From positions 1,504,001 through 1,568,000 of the forward strand of contig CAWELD010000003.1 of the NCBI GenBank assembly GCA_963809895.1: 64,000 nucleotides of DNA, written 5' to 3'. This stretch comes from an uncultured Gemmatimonadales bacterium (GTDB taxonomy: Bacteria > Gemmatimonadota > Gemmatimonadetes > Longimicrobiales > Gaopeijiaceae). Both the position numbers and the translations under genes were made by a program. The notes below the pieces were generated by a model, which ran no database searches, was not told where the DNA came from, and saw only the letters and a list, made by a program, of their open reading frames with translations. Below are positions 1 to 9,761 of this stretch, one piece after another. Within the stretch, counting starts at the first letter, position 1, and each line of letters starts with the position of its first letter.

Positions 1-960
1 CGGGAAGCCCACGATGACGTCGGTGGACAGCGCGATGTCGGGAATGGCGGTGCGTACCATGTCCACCTTCTCCAGGAAGCTGTCCACGGTGTAGCGGCGG
101 AGCATGCGCTTCAGGGTGCGGTCGTTGCCCGACTGCAGCGGCAGGTGGAGCTGCTCGCAGACCGCCGGCTCCCGGGCCATCACCTCCACCAGATCGGCGG
201 TGACGTCGTTGGGATGCGGCGAGGTGAAGCGGACCCGCCGGATCCCGTCTACCCGGGCTACCGCCGACAGGAGTCGCGAGAAGGACCAGTCCCCGTACCG
301 ATACGAGTTCACGGTCTGGCCCAGCAGGGTCACCTCGGTGACGCCCGACTCGGCGATTCCCCGGATCTCCGCCAGCAGCTCGTCGGGATCCCGGTTCTTC
401 TCGGGCCCCCGCACGTAGGGCACGATGCAGAAGGTGCAGCGGTGGTCGCATCCCCGCTGGATCGGCACCCAGGCCGCCACCGACGACGAGCGCCGCTGCT
501 CCAGGCCCTGGTAGTTCTCGCGCGGATCCAGTTCCAGGACCGTGAGCTGCGGACCACGCCGTCGGGATGCGGGTCGCCCGGACGTGTCGCTCCGGTCGCC
601 GTCCAGCGCTTCCAGGGTGTCCGGGAGGCTCCGGTAACCGTCGGGTCCCATGACGAGATCCACGTAGGGTGCCTGCTCCAGCAGGGTCTCACCCATGCGC
701 TGGGCCATGCAGCCCGTGACCCCGATGACCATCTCCGGCCGTTCCCGCTTCAACCCGTTGAGCTGCGCCACGCGGCCCAGCACGCGCTGCTCGGCGTGCT
801 CGCGGATGGCGCAGGTGTTCACCAGCACCACGTCGGCCTCTTCGGGCGAAGTGGCGATGGCGTAGCCGCGAGCCTCGAGGATGCCTTCCATCAGCTCGCC
901 GTCGCTGATGTTCATCTGGCAACCGTAGGTCTCGACGTAGGCGCGCTTCTTCCGGTTCAT
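1..960 (-). CDS. miaB: tRNA-2-methylthio-N6-dimethylallyladenosine synthase (3' end runs off the window)
   Basis: Manual translation from ATG 960: MNRKKRAYVETYGCQMNISDGELM...NTCAIRE...GCMAQ...QRGCDHRCTFCIVPY (radical SAM CxxxCxxC). Missing from the ORF track because it is truncated by the window edge. Confidence 0.93.
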   Translation of the reverse strand, partial: MNRKKRAYVETYGCQMNISDGELMEGILEARGYAIATSPEEADVVLVNTCAIREHAEQRVLGRVAQLNGLKRERPEMVIGVTGCMAQRMGETLLEQAPYVDLVMGPDGYRSLPDTLEALDGDRSDTSGRPASRRRGPQLTVLELDPRENYQGLEQRRSSSVAAWVPIQRGCDHRCTFCIVPYVRGPEKNRDPDELLAEIRGIAESGVTEVTLLGQTVNSYRYGDWSFSRLLSAVARVDGIRRVRFTSPHPNDVTADLVEVMAREPAVCEQLHLPLQSGNDRTLKRMLRRYTVDSFLEKVDMVRTAIPDIALSTDVIVGFP

Positions 961-2285
961 CAGGTCTGGGGCACGGAGGGGACGCGAGAATCGGACAGGT
1001 CAATATACAGACCGTCGGTGTCTCCCTGCAGCCGTCCCCGGACCAGGCCTTCCGGCAGAGGGGCGGCGGGGGCAGACACGCCCACGTGCAGGTAGTCCCC
1101 GGTCAGCGCCCGGTCGGCGCCCTCCAGGACCACGTCGGCCGCGCCGCCGAGGCGCCGACGTCGATACGCCGCGCCCTTGCCCTCCACAAGCTCGCGGAGG
1201 TCGCGGCTGCGCTCTCCGGCCACGCGCTGCGGCACGGGCATCTCGTGCTGCAACGCAGCGGCCACCGTGTCGTCGCGGGGCGAAAAGGGAAAGACGTGCA
1301 GGTAGGTGTAGGGCAGCTCCTCCACCAGCGATCGGGTGGCGGCGTGATCCTCGTCGGTCTCGCCGGGAAAGCCCGTGATGATGTCGGCCCCCAACCCCAG
1401 CACCGGCAGACGCGCGGCGATCTCCAGCGCCCGTCGCCGATACTGCTCCCGGGTGTGCCAACGGCGCATGCGGCGCAGGACGGGATCGGCGCCCGACTGC
1501 AGGGGCATGTGCAGGTGCGGGGCCAGCCGCCCACCCGAGGTGGCCAGCAGGTCCAGCAGATCGTCGTCGATCTCGGTGGCCTCGACGCTCCCCAGGCGCA
1601 GCCGGACTTCCGGAACGCCGTCGAGGAGCACGGCGACCAGGCGCGCCAGGGTGGTCCGGGGCTCCAGGTCCCGCCCGTAGTGGCCGATGTGGACTCCGGT
1701 GAGCACGAGCTCCGGGTGGCGGCGAGCCAGCAGCCGCGCCTCGGCCAGCACCTCGTCGGGCTCCCGCGAGCGACTGGCGCCCCGGGCCAGGCGCGTGGCG
1801 CAGAACGCGCACTGGCGATCGCACCCGTCCTGGATCTTGAGCCAGCCACGGGTGGCCCCGTCACGCCGGCGCAGGAGCTCGCCCCCCACCGGCTCCGTAT
1901 CCAGGAGATCCAGCTCCCGATGCACCTCGAGCTGGACGAGCCGGTCGCCGGCACGGCCCGCGGTGGCGCCCGCCACCGCGACGGGGTCGTGCCCGGGTAC
2001 CACCGCCGTCACACCGGGCATGCCCCGGTAGGCGTCGGCGTGCAGCGCCGCCGAGCAGCCGGCCACCACCACCTGCAGATCCGGATCCTCGCGGTGCAGG
2101 CGACGGATGAAGCGGCGGGCCTGGGCGTCGGCCTGGTTGGTCACCGTGCACGTGTTCACCACGCACACGTCGACCGGGTCGCCCTCGTCCGCGGTCCGTG
2201 CGCCCCGCGCTTCCAGCTCCTGGCGCATGCGCTCGGTGTCGTACTGGTTGGCCTTGCAGCCGAAGGTGTGGTAGCGGACCCTCAC
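960..2285 (-). CDS. mtaB: Radical SAM methylthiotransferase, MtaB-like
   Basis: TFGCKANQYD, NTCTVT, KIQDGCDRQCAFC and ADIITGFPGET motifs; TGATG overlap with miaB. Confidence 0.85.
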   Translation of the reverse strand: MRVRYHTFGCKANQYDTERMRQELEARGARTADEGDPVDVCVVNTCTVTNQADAQARRFIRRLHREDPDLQVVVAGCSAALHADAYRGMPGVTAVVPGHDPVAVAGATAGRAGDRLVQLEVHRELDLLDTEPVGGELLRRRDGATRGWLKIQDGCDRQCAFCATRLARGASRSREPDEVLAEARLLARRHPELVLTGVHIGHYGRDLEPRTTLARLVAVLLDGVPEVRLRLGSVEATEIDDDLLDLLATSGGRLAPHLHMPLQSGADPVLRRMRRWHTREQYRRRALEIAARLPVLGLGADIITGFPGETDEDHAATRSLVEELPYTYLHVFPFSPRDDTVAAALQHEMPVPQRVAGERSRDLRELVEGKGAAYRRRRLGGAADVVLEGADRALTGDYLHVGVSAPAAPLPEGLVRGRLQGDTDGLYIDLSDSRVPSVPQT

Positions 2286-2286
2286 C

Positions 2287-3477
2287 TCAGAACCCCGAGA
2301 CGCGCAGCGACGTGACCAGACGCCAGAAGCGCTCCTCCAGCGCGCCGGCGTCGCGGCGTCCCCGCTCCAGCGTCATGTCCAGGCGGGCGAGGGTGGCCGG
2401 ACCGCTCACGAGCAGATTCATGCCGATGCCGCCGGTGAAGGCGGACTCGGTGGGGTTCGGAGAGCTCTCGGTGCCGAAGGGCAGGTCGGTGTGACGGTAG
2501 CCCAGCCGTATCGCTCCGGGCTTGCCCAGGATGTTGGCCTGGGACCACTCGAGTCCCGCGCCCAGGCCGAGGACGGACTGCCCCGTCGCCTGCTCGAGCG
2601 CGTCGCCGGTGGCGGACCAGTCGGCACGGTGCAGCCCCGCGCTCAGCGACAGGCCCGGCGCCAGCACCGCCGCGGCCCCCACCCGGACGTCGGAGGGCAT
2701 GGAGTAACGGGCGCCCCCCGCATCGGTGTCCTGGCTGGGATCCGCCTTCAGATCGGCGGACCAGGTCCACGATCCCGCGACGTGCAGGAAGTTGGACACC
2801 TCGGCCGAGGCGCCGAGCGTCGCCGTGAGCCCGCCGTAGGTCCACTCGCCGCCGATCTGATAGGTGGGGATGTTCGTCTCCACCTCGAGCGAGTCGAAGG
2901 TCCTGGTGAAGCTCCGGGTCACCTTGCCCAGATACCGTCCCACGGTCACGCCCACGGCGAAGGAGGGCGAAAGCCTGCGGGCCAGCCCCACGTGGACGGC
3001 CGACACGCCCCCGTCCGACACGAAGGTGTCGGTCACCTTCGCCTCGGTACCGGTGCCTTCGAGGATCAGCGTCTGCGGTCGCTGCACGCGCCAACGCTGA
3101 TCCAGCACGCTGCCGATGTCCATGAAGACCGTCCCCAGGTCCGAAATCGGATACGAGGCCGCCACGGAGGGGAAGCGCGTTCCGTTGAAGGAGTCGGAGA
3201 CGTCGTTCTCGGTGGCGTCCACCCATCCAGTCTGGGTGGTGAAGGAGAGCGAGGGGATGGTCAGATCGGCCGCTCCCGCAGGGTCGGTGGCCAGCAGGTG
3301 ACCTCCGGCGAGTCCGACGCCGATGCCGCCGAGACCCCACGAGCGGGCGTCCAGCGGCGGCAGCGGGAGCCCCAGGCCGGTGGAGCTCAACAGCGACTGC
3401 GCCGCCACCGGCGACGAAGCCCCGGCCGCGCCCATCACGGTCAGGGCCAGGACGGAGAGGATGGCGCGGCGGCTCAT
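2287..3477 (-). CDS. Putative outer-membrane beta-barrel protein (FadL/PorV-like)
   Basis: Signal peptide, DARSWGLGG N-terminal motif, amphipathic beta pattern, C-terminal Phe. Confidence 0.6.
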   Translation of the reverse strand: MSRRAILSVLALTVMGAAGASSPVAAQSLLSSTGLGLPLPPLDARSWGLGGIGVGLAGGHLLATDPAGAADLTIPSLSFTTQTGWVDATENDVSDSFNGTRFPSVAASYPISDLGTVFMDIGSVLDQRWRVQRPQTLILEGTGTEAKVTDTFVSDGGVSAVHVGLARRLSPSFAVGVTVGRYLGKVTRSFTRTFDSLEVETNIPTYQIGGEWTYGGLTATLGASAEVSNFLHVAGSWTWSADLKADPSQDTDAGGARYSMPSDVRVGAAAVLAPGLSLSAGLHRADWSATGDALEQATGQSVLGLGAGLEWSQANILGKPGAIRLGYRHTDLPFGTESSPNPTESAFTGGIGMNLLVSGPATLARLDMTLERGRRDAGALEERFWRLVTSLRVSGF

Positions 3478-4784
3478 GGGACCTCCACCGTGTCGGCGGC
3501 CGTGAGAATCAGGCGCAGGACGGGAGCGTCGGGATCGTCGGGGCCCTGGAATGCCCCGAAGGCCAGCGACAGCGGCTCCAGGAGCGAAAGGAGGGCGATC
3601 TCCGAGGGCGGGCGGGTCACCGAATCGGGCAGCACCAGCCCCCGGACCAGCCCCGTGAGCGGGATGGCCACCTTCTGGCCGGCCTCGTCACCGAAGGCCG
3701 ACGGCGGCACCCCCTGGCCCAGCGTGCCGATGAACGACGATCCCAGGGGTGACTTGGGCAGCCTGTCCGCCGACAACACCGAGCGCACGTCCAGCCGGAT
3801 CGTGTCGGTGGGCTGGAAGGCCGCAGGCTCCACCGCCCGGGTGTGCAGGATCAGCGAGGCCAGGTTCACCCGCGACGGCTCCAGGGTAAAGGGACATCCC
3901 ACGGCCTCGCACAGCGATGCGGGACCGTTCAGGACCCGGGGGATGGCCAGGGTGATGACGGTGCGCCACGAGGGCGTGCCTCCGATGCGGATCCCGTCGG
4001 GCGGCGGAGGCGGCACCGGGTCGTAGATGAAGGTGAGATCGTTCCCCGTAGACGTCAGCGTCACCACCGAGTCCGGGTTCACGTGGGGATGCGTGTCCAG
4101 CCGGAACCGCACCGAGGCCACGTCGACGCGATGGCCCGTGGTCTGGAGCTCCAGCCGTGCACCCCGGGCGGCGTTCAGGGTGTCACCCCAGAGCGCCACC
4201 GTGGCCGAGTCCACGTCGAAGACCACGGAGTCGCTCTCGGCGGGATCCCAGGTGGCGGTGGCCACCGGGGTCACCGGTCCGGCTCCGGGCTCGGGCCAGG
4301 CGCGCTGGTCTCCCACCGTGTCCACGGCCAGGGTCCAGGTCGCCGTCGGGGCGTGCCAGGTGCCCCCGTCCAACGCCGTGAGGGCCAGCGTCACCGGCTC
4401 GTCGCCGTTGGTGCTGGTCAGGGTGTCGAAGCGAGCCACGACACGGCCCTGGTAGTAGACGAAGTTGGAGTCCGACACCAACGTGCCCGTGGAGTCCGCC
4501 ACGGAAGCGCGGAAGGGATAGCGCCCGAACTGCACCAGGGTGCGGGCGTCGAGCGTGCCCTCGAAGTCGTTGGCCACGACCCCCTGCCCCAACTGGGACG
4601 CGGTGCCGTAGCCACCGTACACGGTGAGCCCCTCGGCGAAGTCCGCCCAGGGGAGCACCACCTCCACCGTCTTGGGGTCCACCGGTAGCCCATCGCCGTC
4701 CAGGGCGGTGGGCATGCTCTCCTGACAGGCGAGGATCCCCCACGCCGCCGCCGCCATGGCGGCCATGACCCAGCGTCGCTTCAC
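3474..4784 (-). CDS. Hypothetical lipoprotein
   Basis: MKRR + hydrophobic stretch + ILAC lipobox; overlaps both neighbouring genes by 4 bp. Confidence 0.65.
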   Translation of the reverse strand: MKRRWVMAAMAAAAWGILACQESMPTALDGDGLPVDPKTVEVVLPWADFAEGLTVYGGYGTASQLGQGVVANDFEGTLDARTLVQFGRYPFRASVADSTGTLVSDSNFVYYQGRVVARFDTLTSTNGDEPVTLALTALDGGTWHAPTATWTLAVDTVGDQRAWPEPGAGPVTPVATATWDPAESDSVVFDVDSATVALWGDTLNAARGARLELQTTGHRVDVASVRFRLDTHPHVNPDSVVTLTSTGNDLTFIYDPVPPPPPDGIRIGGTPSWRTVITLAIPRVLNGPASLCEAVGCPFTLEPSRVNLASLILHTRAVEPAAFQPTDTIRLDVRSVLSADRLPKSPLGSSFIGTLGQGVPPSAFGDEAGQKVAIPLTGLVRGLVLPDSVTRPPSEIALLSLLEPLSLAFGAFQGPDDPDAPVLRLILTAADTVEVP

Positions 4785-5218
4785 GTACGCTCCTCTTCGT
4801 CGTCCGCGGGGCCCACTCCGGCCCGGCGAAGATCCTCAAGCGCGAAACGGGCGGGGAGAAGCTCGTCCAGCGTCCAGCTTCGGACGGCGCTCCCCGCCTC
4901 GGATACGATCATCAATTCTGGCGCGAACTCGGCCAGCACCTGCCGGCACGCCCCACAGGGCGAGACCGGCTCCGGTCCCAGCGTGCTCAGCGCCAGCCGG
5001 CGGAATCGCCGCCGGCCCGCCGCCACGGCCGCCATCACCGCGCCCCGTTCGGCGCAGATGGTCAGACCGTACGACGCGTTCTCCACGTTGCAGCCCACAT
5101 GCACGGATCCGTCGACCGCCTCCAGGGCGGCGCCCACCGGGTAGCGGGAATAGGGCACGTAGGCCCGCTCCCGCGCGGCCCGCGCCCGCTCCAGCAGGCC
5201 GTCCGTGTCAGACGTCAT
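4781..5218 (-). CDS. cdd: Cytidine deaminase
   Basis: AYVPYS, GCNVENASYG, CAER, SPCGACRQ motifs. Confidence 0.95.
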   Translation of the reverse strand: MTSDTDGLLERARAARERAYVPYSRYPVGAALEAVDGSVHVGCNVENASYGLTICAERGAVMAAVAAGRRRFRRLALSTLGPEPVSPCGACRQVLAEFAPELMIVSEAGSAVRSWTLDELLPARFALEDLRRAGVGPADDEEERT

Positions 5219-6344
5219 CGTCCATCCATATCCTGGGAAGCCGAGGCCCGAGCCCCGTGAGCACCTCGTAGGAGATCGTCCCCGCCAGCTCCGCCACCTC
5301 GTCCACGGGGATCTCCGCGGGGCCGTCGCGGCCCACCAGCGTGGCGACGTCGCCCGGCTCTACACCGGCCAGCCCCGAAATGTTTGCCACCACCAGATCC
5401 ATGGACACCCGCCCCACCAGGGGAACCCTGCTGCCCTTCACCAGCGCCTGCCCACGGTTGCCCAGGGCCCGGGGGACGCCGTCGGCGTAGCCGATGGCGA
5501 GCGTGGCCCAGCGCTCCGGCGTCCCGGCACTGTAGGTGGCGCCGTAGCCTGCCGTGGTGCCGGCGGGTACGTCCCTGACCAGAACGATCCGCGCCCGCAC
5601 GCTCACCACGGGCTCGGGCGCCGGAAGGTCCTCGCCCACGCGTCCTCCGTAGAGGAAGATTCCCGGGCGCACGCCGCCCACCCCGCCGGTACGTCCGAGC
5701 CTCAGCGCCGCCGCCGAGTTGGCCACGTGGACGAGACAACCGGTCGGCGGATCCAGCCTCTCCAGCACGCCCCGAAACGCCGCGAGCTGCTCGTCGACAC
5801 CCGGCCCGCCCGACTCGTCGGCGGAGTGGAAGTGCGTGAAGCAGCCCTCCAGGCGGACCCGGCCCGCGGCGTGGGCCTCACGCACGGGTCCGGCCCAGCG
5901 TGCGACCTCCGCGGCCGGAAATCCCGCCCGGCCCATGCCCGTGTCCACCTCGACGTGGAACGGTGCGGGGCGGCCCTGTCGCCGTGCGGCCGCCTCGAGA
6001 GCCCGCAGTCCGTCCAGGCTCGACAGGCACACGGTGAGCTCCGCCTCCAGCGCCTCGCCGTAGTCGTCGTGCGCGAGCGGGCTGAAGACGATGATGCGCC
6101 GCCGCACCCCGTGCTCACGAAGCGCCCGCCCCTCGCTCACGGCAGCCACGCCCCAGGCCCAGGGCTCCTCCGGCTCCAGGACGTCGACCGTGCGGAGGGC
6201 ACCGATCCCGTAGGCATCGGCCTTCACCATGGGGATCATCGGCACGTCGGAGCCCACGGCCTCACGGATCCGCCGGAGGTTCCGGCGGAGAGAGGCGGCC
6301 TGCACCTCGATCCAGGCCCGGGCGGTCCGGCGATCCGTTGACAT
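5208..6344 (-). CDS. alr: Alanine racemase
   Basis: VKADAYG PLP lysine, VDTGMGRAG, IGYADG, GRVSMD, GTISYE; start moved to ATG 6344 (MSTDRR). Confidence 0.95.
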   Translation of the reverse strand: MSTDRRTARAWIEVQAASLRRNLRRIREAVGSDVPMIPMVKADAYGIGALRTVDVLEPEEPWAWGVAAVSEGRALREHGVRRRIIVFSPLAHDDYGEALEAELTVCLSSLDGLRALEAAARRQGRPAPFHVEVDTGMGRAGFPAAEVARWAGPVREAHAAGRVRLEGCFTHFHSADESGGPGVDEQLAAFRGVLERLDPPTGCLVHVANSAAALRLGRTGGVGGVRPGIFLYGGRVGEDLPAPEPVVSVRARIVLVRDVPAGTTAGYGATYSAGTPERWATLAIGYADGVPRALGNRGQALVKGSRVPLVGRVSMDLVVANISGLAGVEPGDVATLVGRDGPAEIPVDEVAELAGTISYEVLTGLGPRLPRIWMDDDV

Positions 6345-6417
6345 GGTGGTCGAAAGATGCGAGAGATGCCGGGCCGAGCAAGGCCCCGCGATACGCCATC
6401 CCCCGACCCCTGCGTCC

Positions 6418-7239
6418 ATGCCCCACGACCAGCCCGACTCCGCCGGCCCGGGACCCGCGCCTGGCGCGGACCACGCCGAGACCGCGCCGGGCGAGCTCGA
6501 CCGGGCGCTGGCGCTGGTACGCTTTCTCCGTGCCAACTGCCCCTGGGACGCGGCCCAGACCGCGCGCACGTTGGTGCCCCATCTCCTGGAGGAGACCCAC
6601 GAGGTCGTGGACGCCATTCACGGCGGCGACGCAGACGCGCTGGAAGGGGAGCTCGGCGACCTCCTCTTGAACCTCGCTTTCCAGGTGGTGGTGGCCGAGG
6701 AGACCGGCTCGCTCAGCGCCGACTCGGTGACGCGCCGTCTGGAGGCCAAGATGCGCCGGCGCCACCCCCACCTGTACGGCCTCGGCGACAAGGCCGACTG
6801 GGAGACCCTCAAGGCACGGGAGCGAGACGAAGACGAAGGCGTGCTCGACGGGCTGGCGCCGGGCGTGGACCCTCTCACCAGGGCCCACCGCATGCAGGAG
6901 CGCGTGGCGGGCGTCGGGTTCGACTGGGACGACTACCGGGGCGCGTGGGACAAGGTCGCCGAGGAGATGGAAGAGGTGCGGGAGGCGCTGGAGGGCGGCG
7001 ACGGCGACGCGCTGGAGGAGGAGCTGGGCGACCTGCTCTTCGCGGTCGTGAACCTGGTGCGGCTGGCCGGCAAGCACCCGGTGTCGGCGCTGGACCGGGC
7101 GAACCGCAAGTTCCACCGGCGCTTCGGGCGCCTCGAGGTGCTGGCCCGCGAGCGGGGCGTGCGCCTGGGCGAGGCGTCGCTGGACGAGCTGGACACGCTC
7201 TGGGAGGACCTGAAGGCCGAGGAGCGCGGGGCGGGCTGA
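6418..7239 (+). CDS. mazG: Nucleoside triphosphate pyrophosphohydrolase MazG
   Basis: CPWDAAQT, EETHE, ELGDLL twice, RRHPH, GFDW; start taken at ATG 6418. Confidence 0.93.
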   Translation: MPHDQPDSAGPGPAPGADHAETAPGELDRALALVRFLRANCPWDAAQTARTLVPHLLEETHEVVDAIHGGDADALEGELGDLLLNLAFQVVVAEETGSLSADSVTRRLEAKMRRRHPHLYGLGDKADWETLKARERDEDEGVLDGLAPGVDPLTRAHRMQERVAGVGFDWDDYRGAWDKVAEEMEEVREALEGGDGDALEEELGDLLFAVVNLVRLAGKHPVSALDRANRKFHRRFGRLEVLARERGVRLGEASLDELDTLWEDLKAEERGAG

Positions 7240-7266
7240 GCCGCGGGACCCGCCGGAGGGAGCGCG

Positions 7267-8301
7267 TCAGTACCCCGCGCGCTTGTCCACCACGTTGCGC
7301 ATGTCGTCGGGGCGATCCTCGAGGACACAGCGCAGGTTGTGCAGGATCAGGTCCGCCTCGCGGCGCCAGAACCGGTCCGTGACCGGCGACACGTGAGGGG
7401 TGATCAGCACGCGGTCCATGCGCCAGAGGGGGTGCTCCGGCGGCAGCGGCTCCCGGGCGAACACGTCCAGTCCCGCGCCCCGGAGCTTCCCGGACCGGAG
7501 GGCGTCCAGCAGGGCGTCTTCGTCCACGATACGGCCGCGGGCCACGTTCACCAGCACCGCACCGGGTTTGAGGCGCTGGAAGGCCTCGGCGTCCAGCAGG
7601 CCCCGCGTCGCCGGCGTGTCGGGCAGGCTCACCACCAGGGCGTCGCTCTCCTCGAGGACCCGGTGGAAGCCGGCGTCGCCCACCACCACCTCCACGCCTT
7701 CGGGCCCACCCTGATCGCGGTGGCGCCGCAGCCCGAGCACCCGGGCACCCAGGGCGCGGGCCCGCCGGGCCACTTCCTCGCCGATGCCCCCGAGGCCCAG
7801 GATGCCCACGGTGCTGGCCGACAGCTCGCGCAACGGCGCGTCGGCGCCATAGAAGGGGTCGGTGTCCCACGCCGCCCGGCCCTGGTTGCGCACGGCGAAG
7901 TCGTAGCCGCGGAAGAAGTGGAGGATCATGGCCAGCACGGCCTCGGCCATGGGCGGGCCGTGGATCCCGGCCGAGTTCGTGAAGAGCAGGTCGCGGGCCA
8001 GCATGGTGGGGCTCAGGGAGCTGCCCACGCCCGCCGAGCCCGTGTGCACCCAGACGAGGTCGGGCGCGGCCTCCAGAACGGCCTCGGCGATGCCGAAGCC
8101 CATGTAGATGCGGGCGTCGCGCACCGCCTCCAGCACCTCGGGATGGGCCGCGGTGGATCCGTCGCCGGTGCCCTCCGAGGGGGTGCGCATGACCGCCAGC
8201 GTCCAGTCCCCGGGGAGCGCGGCCCGCACTTCCCGGGCGAACCAGTCCGGCTGCGCCCACACCGAGCGCTGATCGTTGAGGTCGATGACGACGTGGGCCA
8301 C
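7267..8301 (-). CDS. D-2-hydroxyacid dehydrogenase family protein
   Basis: GLGGIG Rossmann motif, VNVARG, AGLDVFAREPL, ITPHVS. Confidence 0.9.
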   Translation of the reverse strand: MAHVVIDLNDQRSVWAQPDWFAREVRAALPGDWTLAVMRTPSEGTGDGSTAAHPEVLEAVRDARIYMGFGIAEAVLEAAPDLVWVHTGSAGVGSSLSPTMLARDLLFTNSAGIHGPPMAEAVLAMILHFFRGYDFAVRNQGRAAWDTDPFYGADAPLRELSASTVGILGLGGIGEEVARRARALGARVLGLRRHRDQGGPEGVEVVVGDAGFHRVLEESDALVVSLPDTPATRGLLDAEAFQRLKPGAVLVNVARGRIVDEDALLDALRSGKLRGAGLDVFAREPLPPEHPLWRMDRVLITPHVSPVTDRFWRREADLILHNLRCVLEDRPDDMRNVVDKRAGY

Positions 8302-8325
8302 GGCTCCGCCTCGCTCGGCCGGGGA

Positions 8326-9621
8326 CTACGGATTCAGGCGGTTCATCAGCCGCGGGAACGGGATCAACTCCCGGATGTGGCGGCGACCGGTGATCCAGGC
8401 CACGGTGCGCTCGATGCCGAGCCCGAAGCCGGAGTGCGTGAAGGAGCCGTAGCGGCGCAGGTCCAGGTACCAGCCGTAGGCCTCCTGGGGAAGCCCCTCC
8501 TCGGCGATGCGCGCCTCGAGGCGCTCCAGGTCGTCTTCGCGCTGGCTGCCCCCGATGATCTCGCCGTAGCCCTCCGGCGCCAGCAGATCGTCGCACAGGA
8601 CGGTGCGCGGGTCGTCGGGGTTCTCCTTCATGTAGAAGGCCTTGGCGGCCTTCGGATAGTCGTGGACGAAGAGCGGCAGCTCGAAGTCCTCGGTGAGGGA
8701 CACCTCGTCGGGCGCGCCCAGGTCGCTGCCCCACTCGATGTCGCTGCCCTTCGCCTGCAGCCGCTCCACCGCCTCGGTGTAGCTGATGCGCGGGAACGGA
8801 GGCCGCACCCCCTCGAGCTTCGAGGTGTCCCGCTCCAGCGTCTCCAGCTCCTCGGCGCAGCGCTCCAGCGCCCGCTCCACCAGGTAGGAGACGTACTCCT
8901 CCTGCAGACGCATGTTGTCGTCGGAGTCGGCGAAGGCCACCTCGGGCTCCACCATCCAGAACTCGGTGAGATGGCGCCGGGTCTTGGACTTCTCGGCCCG
9001 GAAGGTCGGGCCGAAACAGTAGACCCGGTTGAAGGCCGGGCAGGCCGCCTCGACGTAGAGCTGGCCCGTCTGCGCCAGGAAGGCGCGCTCGCCGAAGTAC
9101 TCGGTCTCGAAGAGCGTACCCGCATGCTCGCCGATGGCACCGGTGAGGATGGGCGTGTCGATGCGGGTGAAGCCCCGGTCGTAGAAGAAGTCGTGGGTGG
9201 CCTGCTCGACCTCGGCCCGCACCCTGAGCCCCGCCCGCTGCTGCGAGGAGCGCAGCCAGAGGTGGCGGTGGTCCAGCAGGAACTCGACCCCGTGCTCCTT
9301 GGGCTGGATGGGATAGTCCTCGGAGGGCGCCAGCAACTCCACCGCCGTCACGCCCAGCTCGTAGCCACCGGGCGCCCGGGACTCTTCTCGGACCTCGCCG
9401 GTGAGGGCCACGGTGCACTCCTGGGTCAGGAGGCCGTGGCGCTCCCACATGGCGGGCTCCATCTGCTTCTGCAGGAAGACGCCCTGGACCAGTCCCGTGC
9501 CGTCGCGCACCACGGCGAAGGCCACCTTGCCGTGGGCCCGGGTGGTCTCCACCCAGCCCCGCACCGTGACCTCCCGGCCCACGTGCTCGGCCAGCTCTCC
9601 GATCTCGACGAAGTCCGTCAT
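8326..9621 (-). CDS. asnS: Asparagine--tRNA ligase
   Basis: OB-fold N-terminus, FGPTFRAEKSKTRRHLTEFWM, GEIIGGSQRE, HSGFGLGIER. Confidence 0.95.
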   Translation of the reverse strand: MTDFVEIGELAEHVGREVTVRGWVETTRAHGKVAFAVVRDGTGLVQGVFLQKQMEPAMWERHGLLTQECTVALTGEVREESRAPGGYELGVTAVELLAPSEDYPIQPKEHGVEFLLDHRHLWLRSSQQRAGLRVRAEVEQATHDFFYDRGFTRIDTPILTGAIGEHAGTLFETEYFGERAFLAQTGQLYVEAACPAFNRVYCFGPTFRAEKSKTRRHLTEFWMVEPEVAFADSDDNMRLQEEYVSYLVERALERCAEELETLERDTSKLEGVRPPFPRISYTEAVERLQAKGSDIEWGSDLGAPDEVSLTEDFELPLFVHDYPKAAKAFYMKENPDDPRTVLCDDLLAPEGYGEIIGGSQREDDLERLEARIAEEGLPQEAYGWYLDLRRYGSFTHSGFGLGIERTVAWITGRRHIRELIPFPRLMNRLNP

Positions 9622-9761
9622 TCTCTCACTCGCTCAGCAGCGATCCCTGGATGCCGGCGTGGAGAGGCGACACCTGCGTCTCCGACGCCCGACGTGGTTC
9701 CCCGAAGCGCCGAATGGTGGCCGGAGGCCGGAGGCGTGTCAACGCACCGGGCGTGGCCCGG

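Noticed and set aside
6418..7239. MazG as an anti-phage or abortive-infection gene
   Set aside because: Two-domain housekeeping type in a core-gene context, far from the island.
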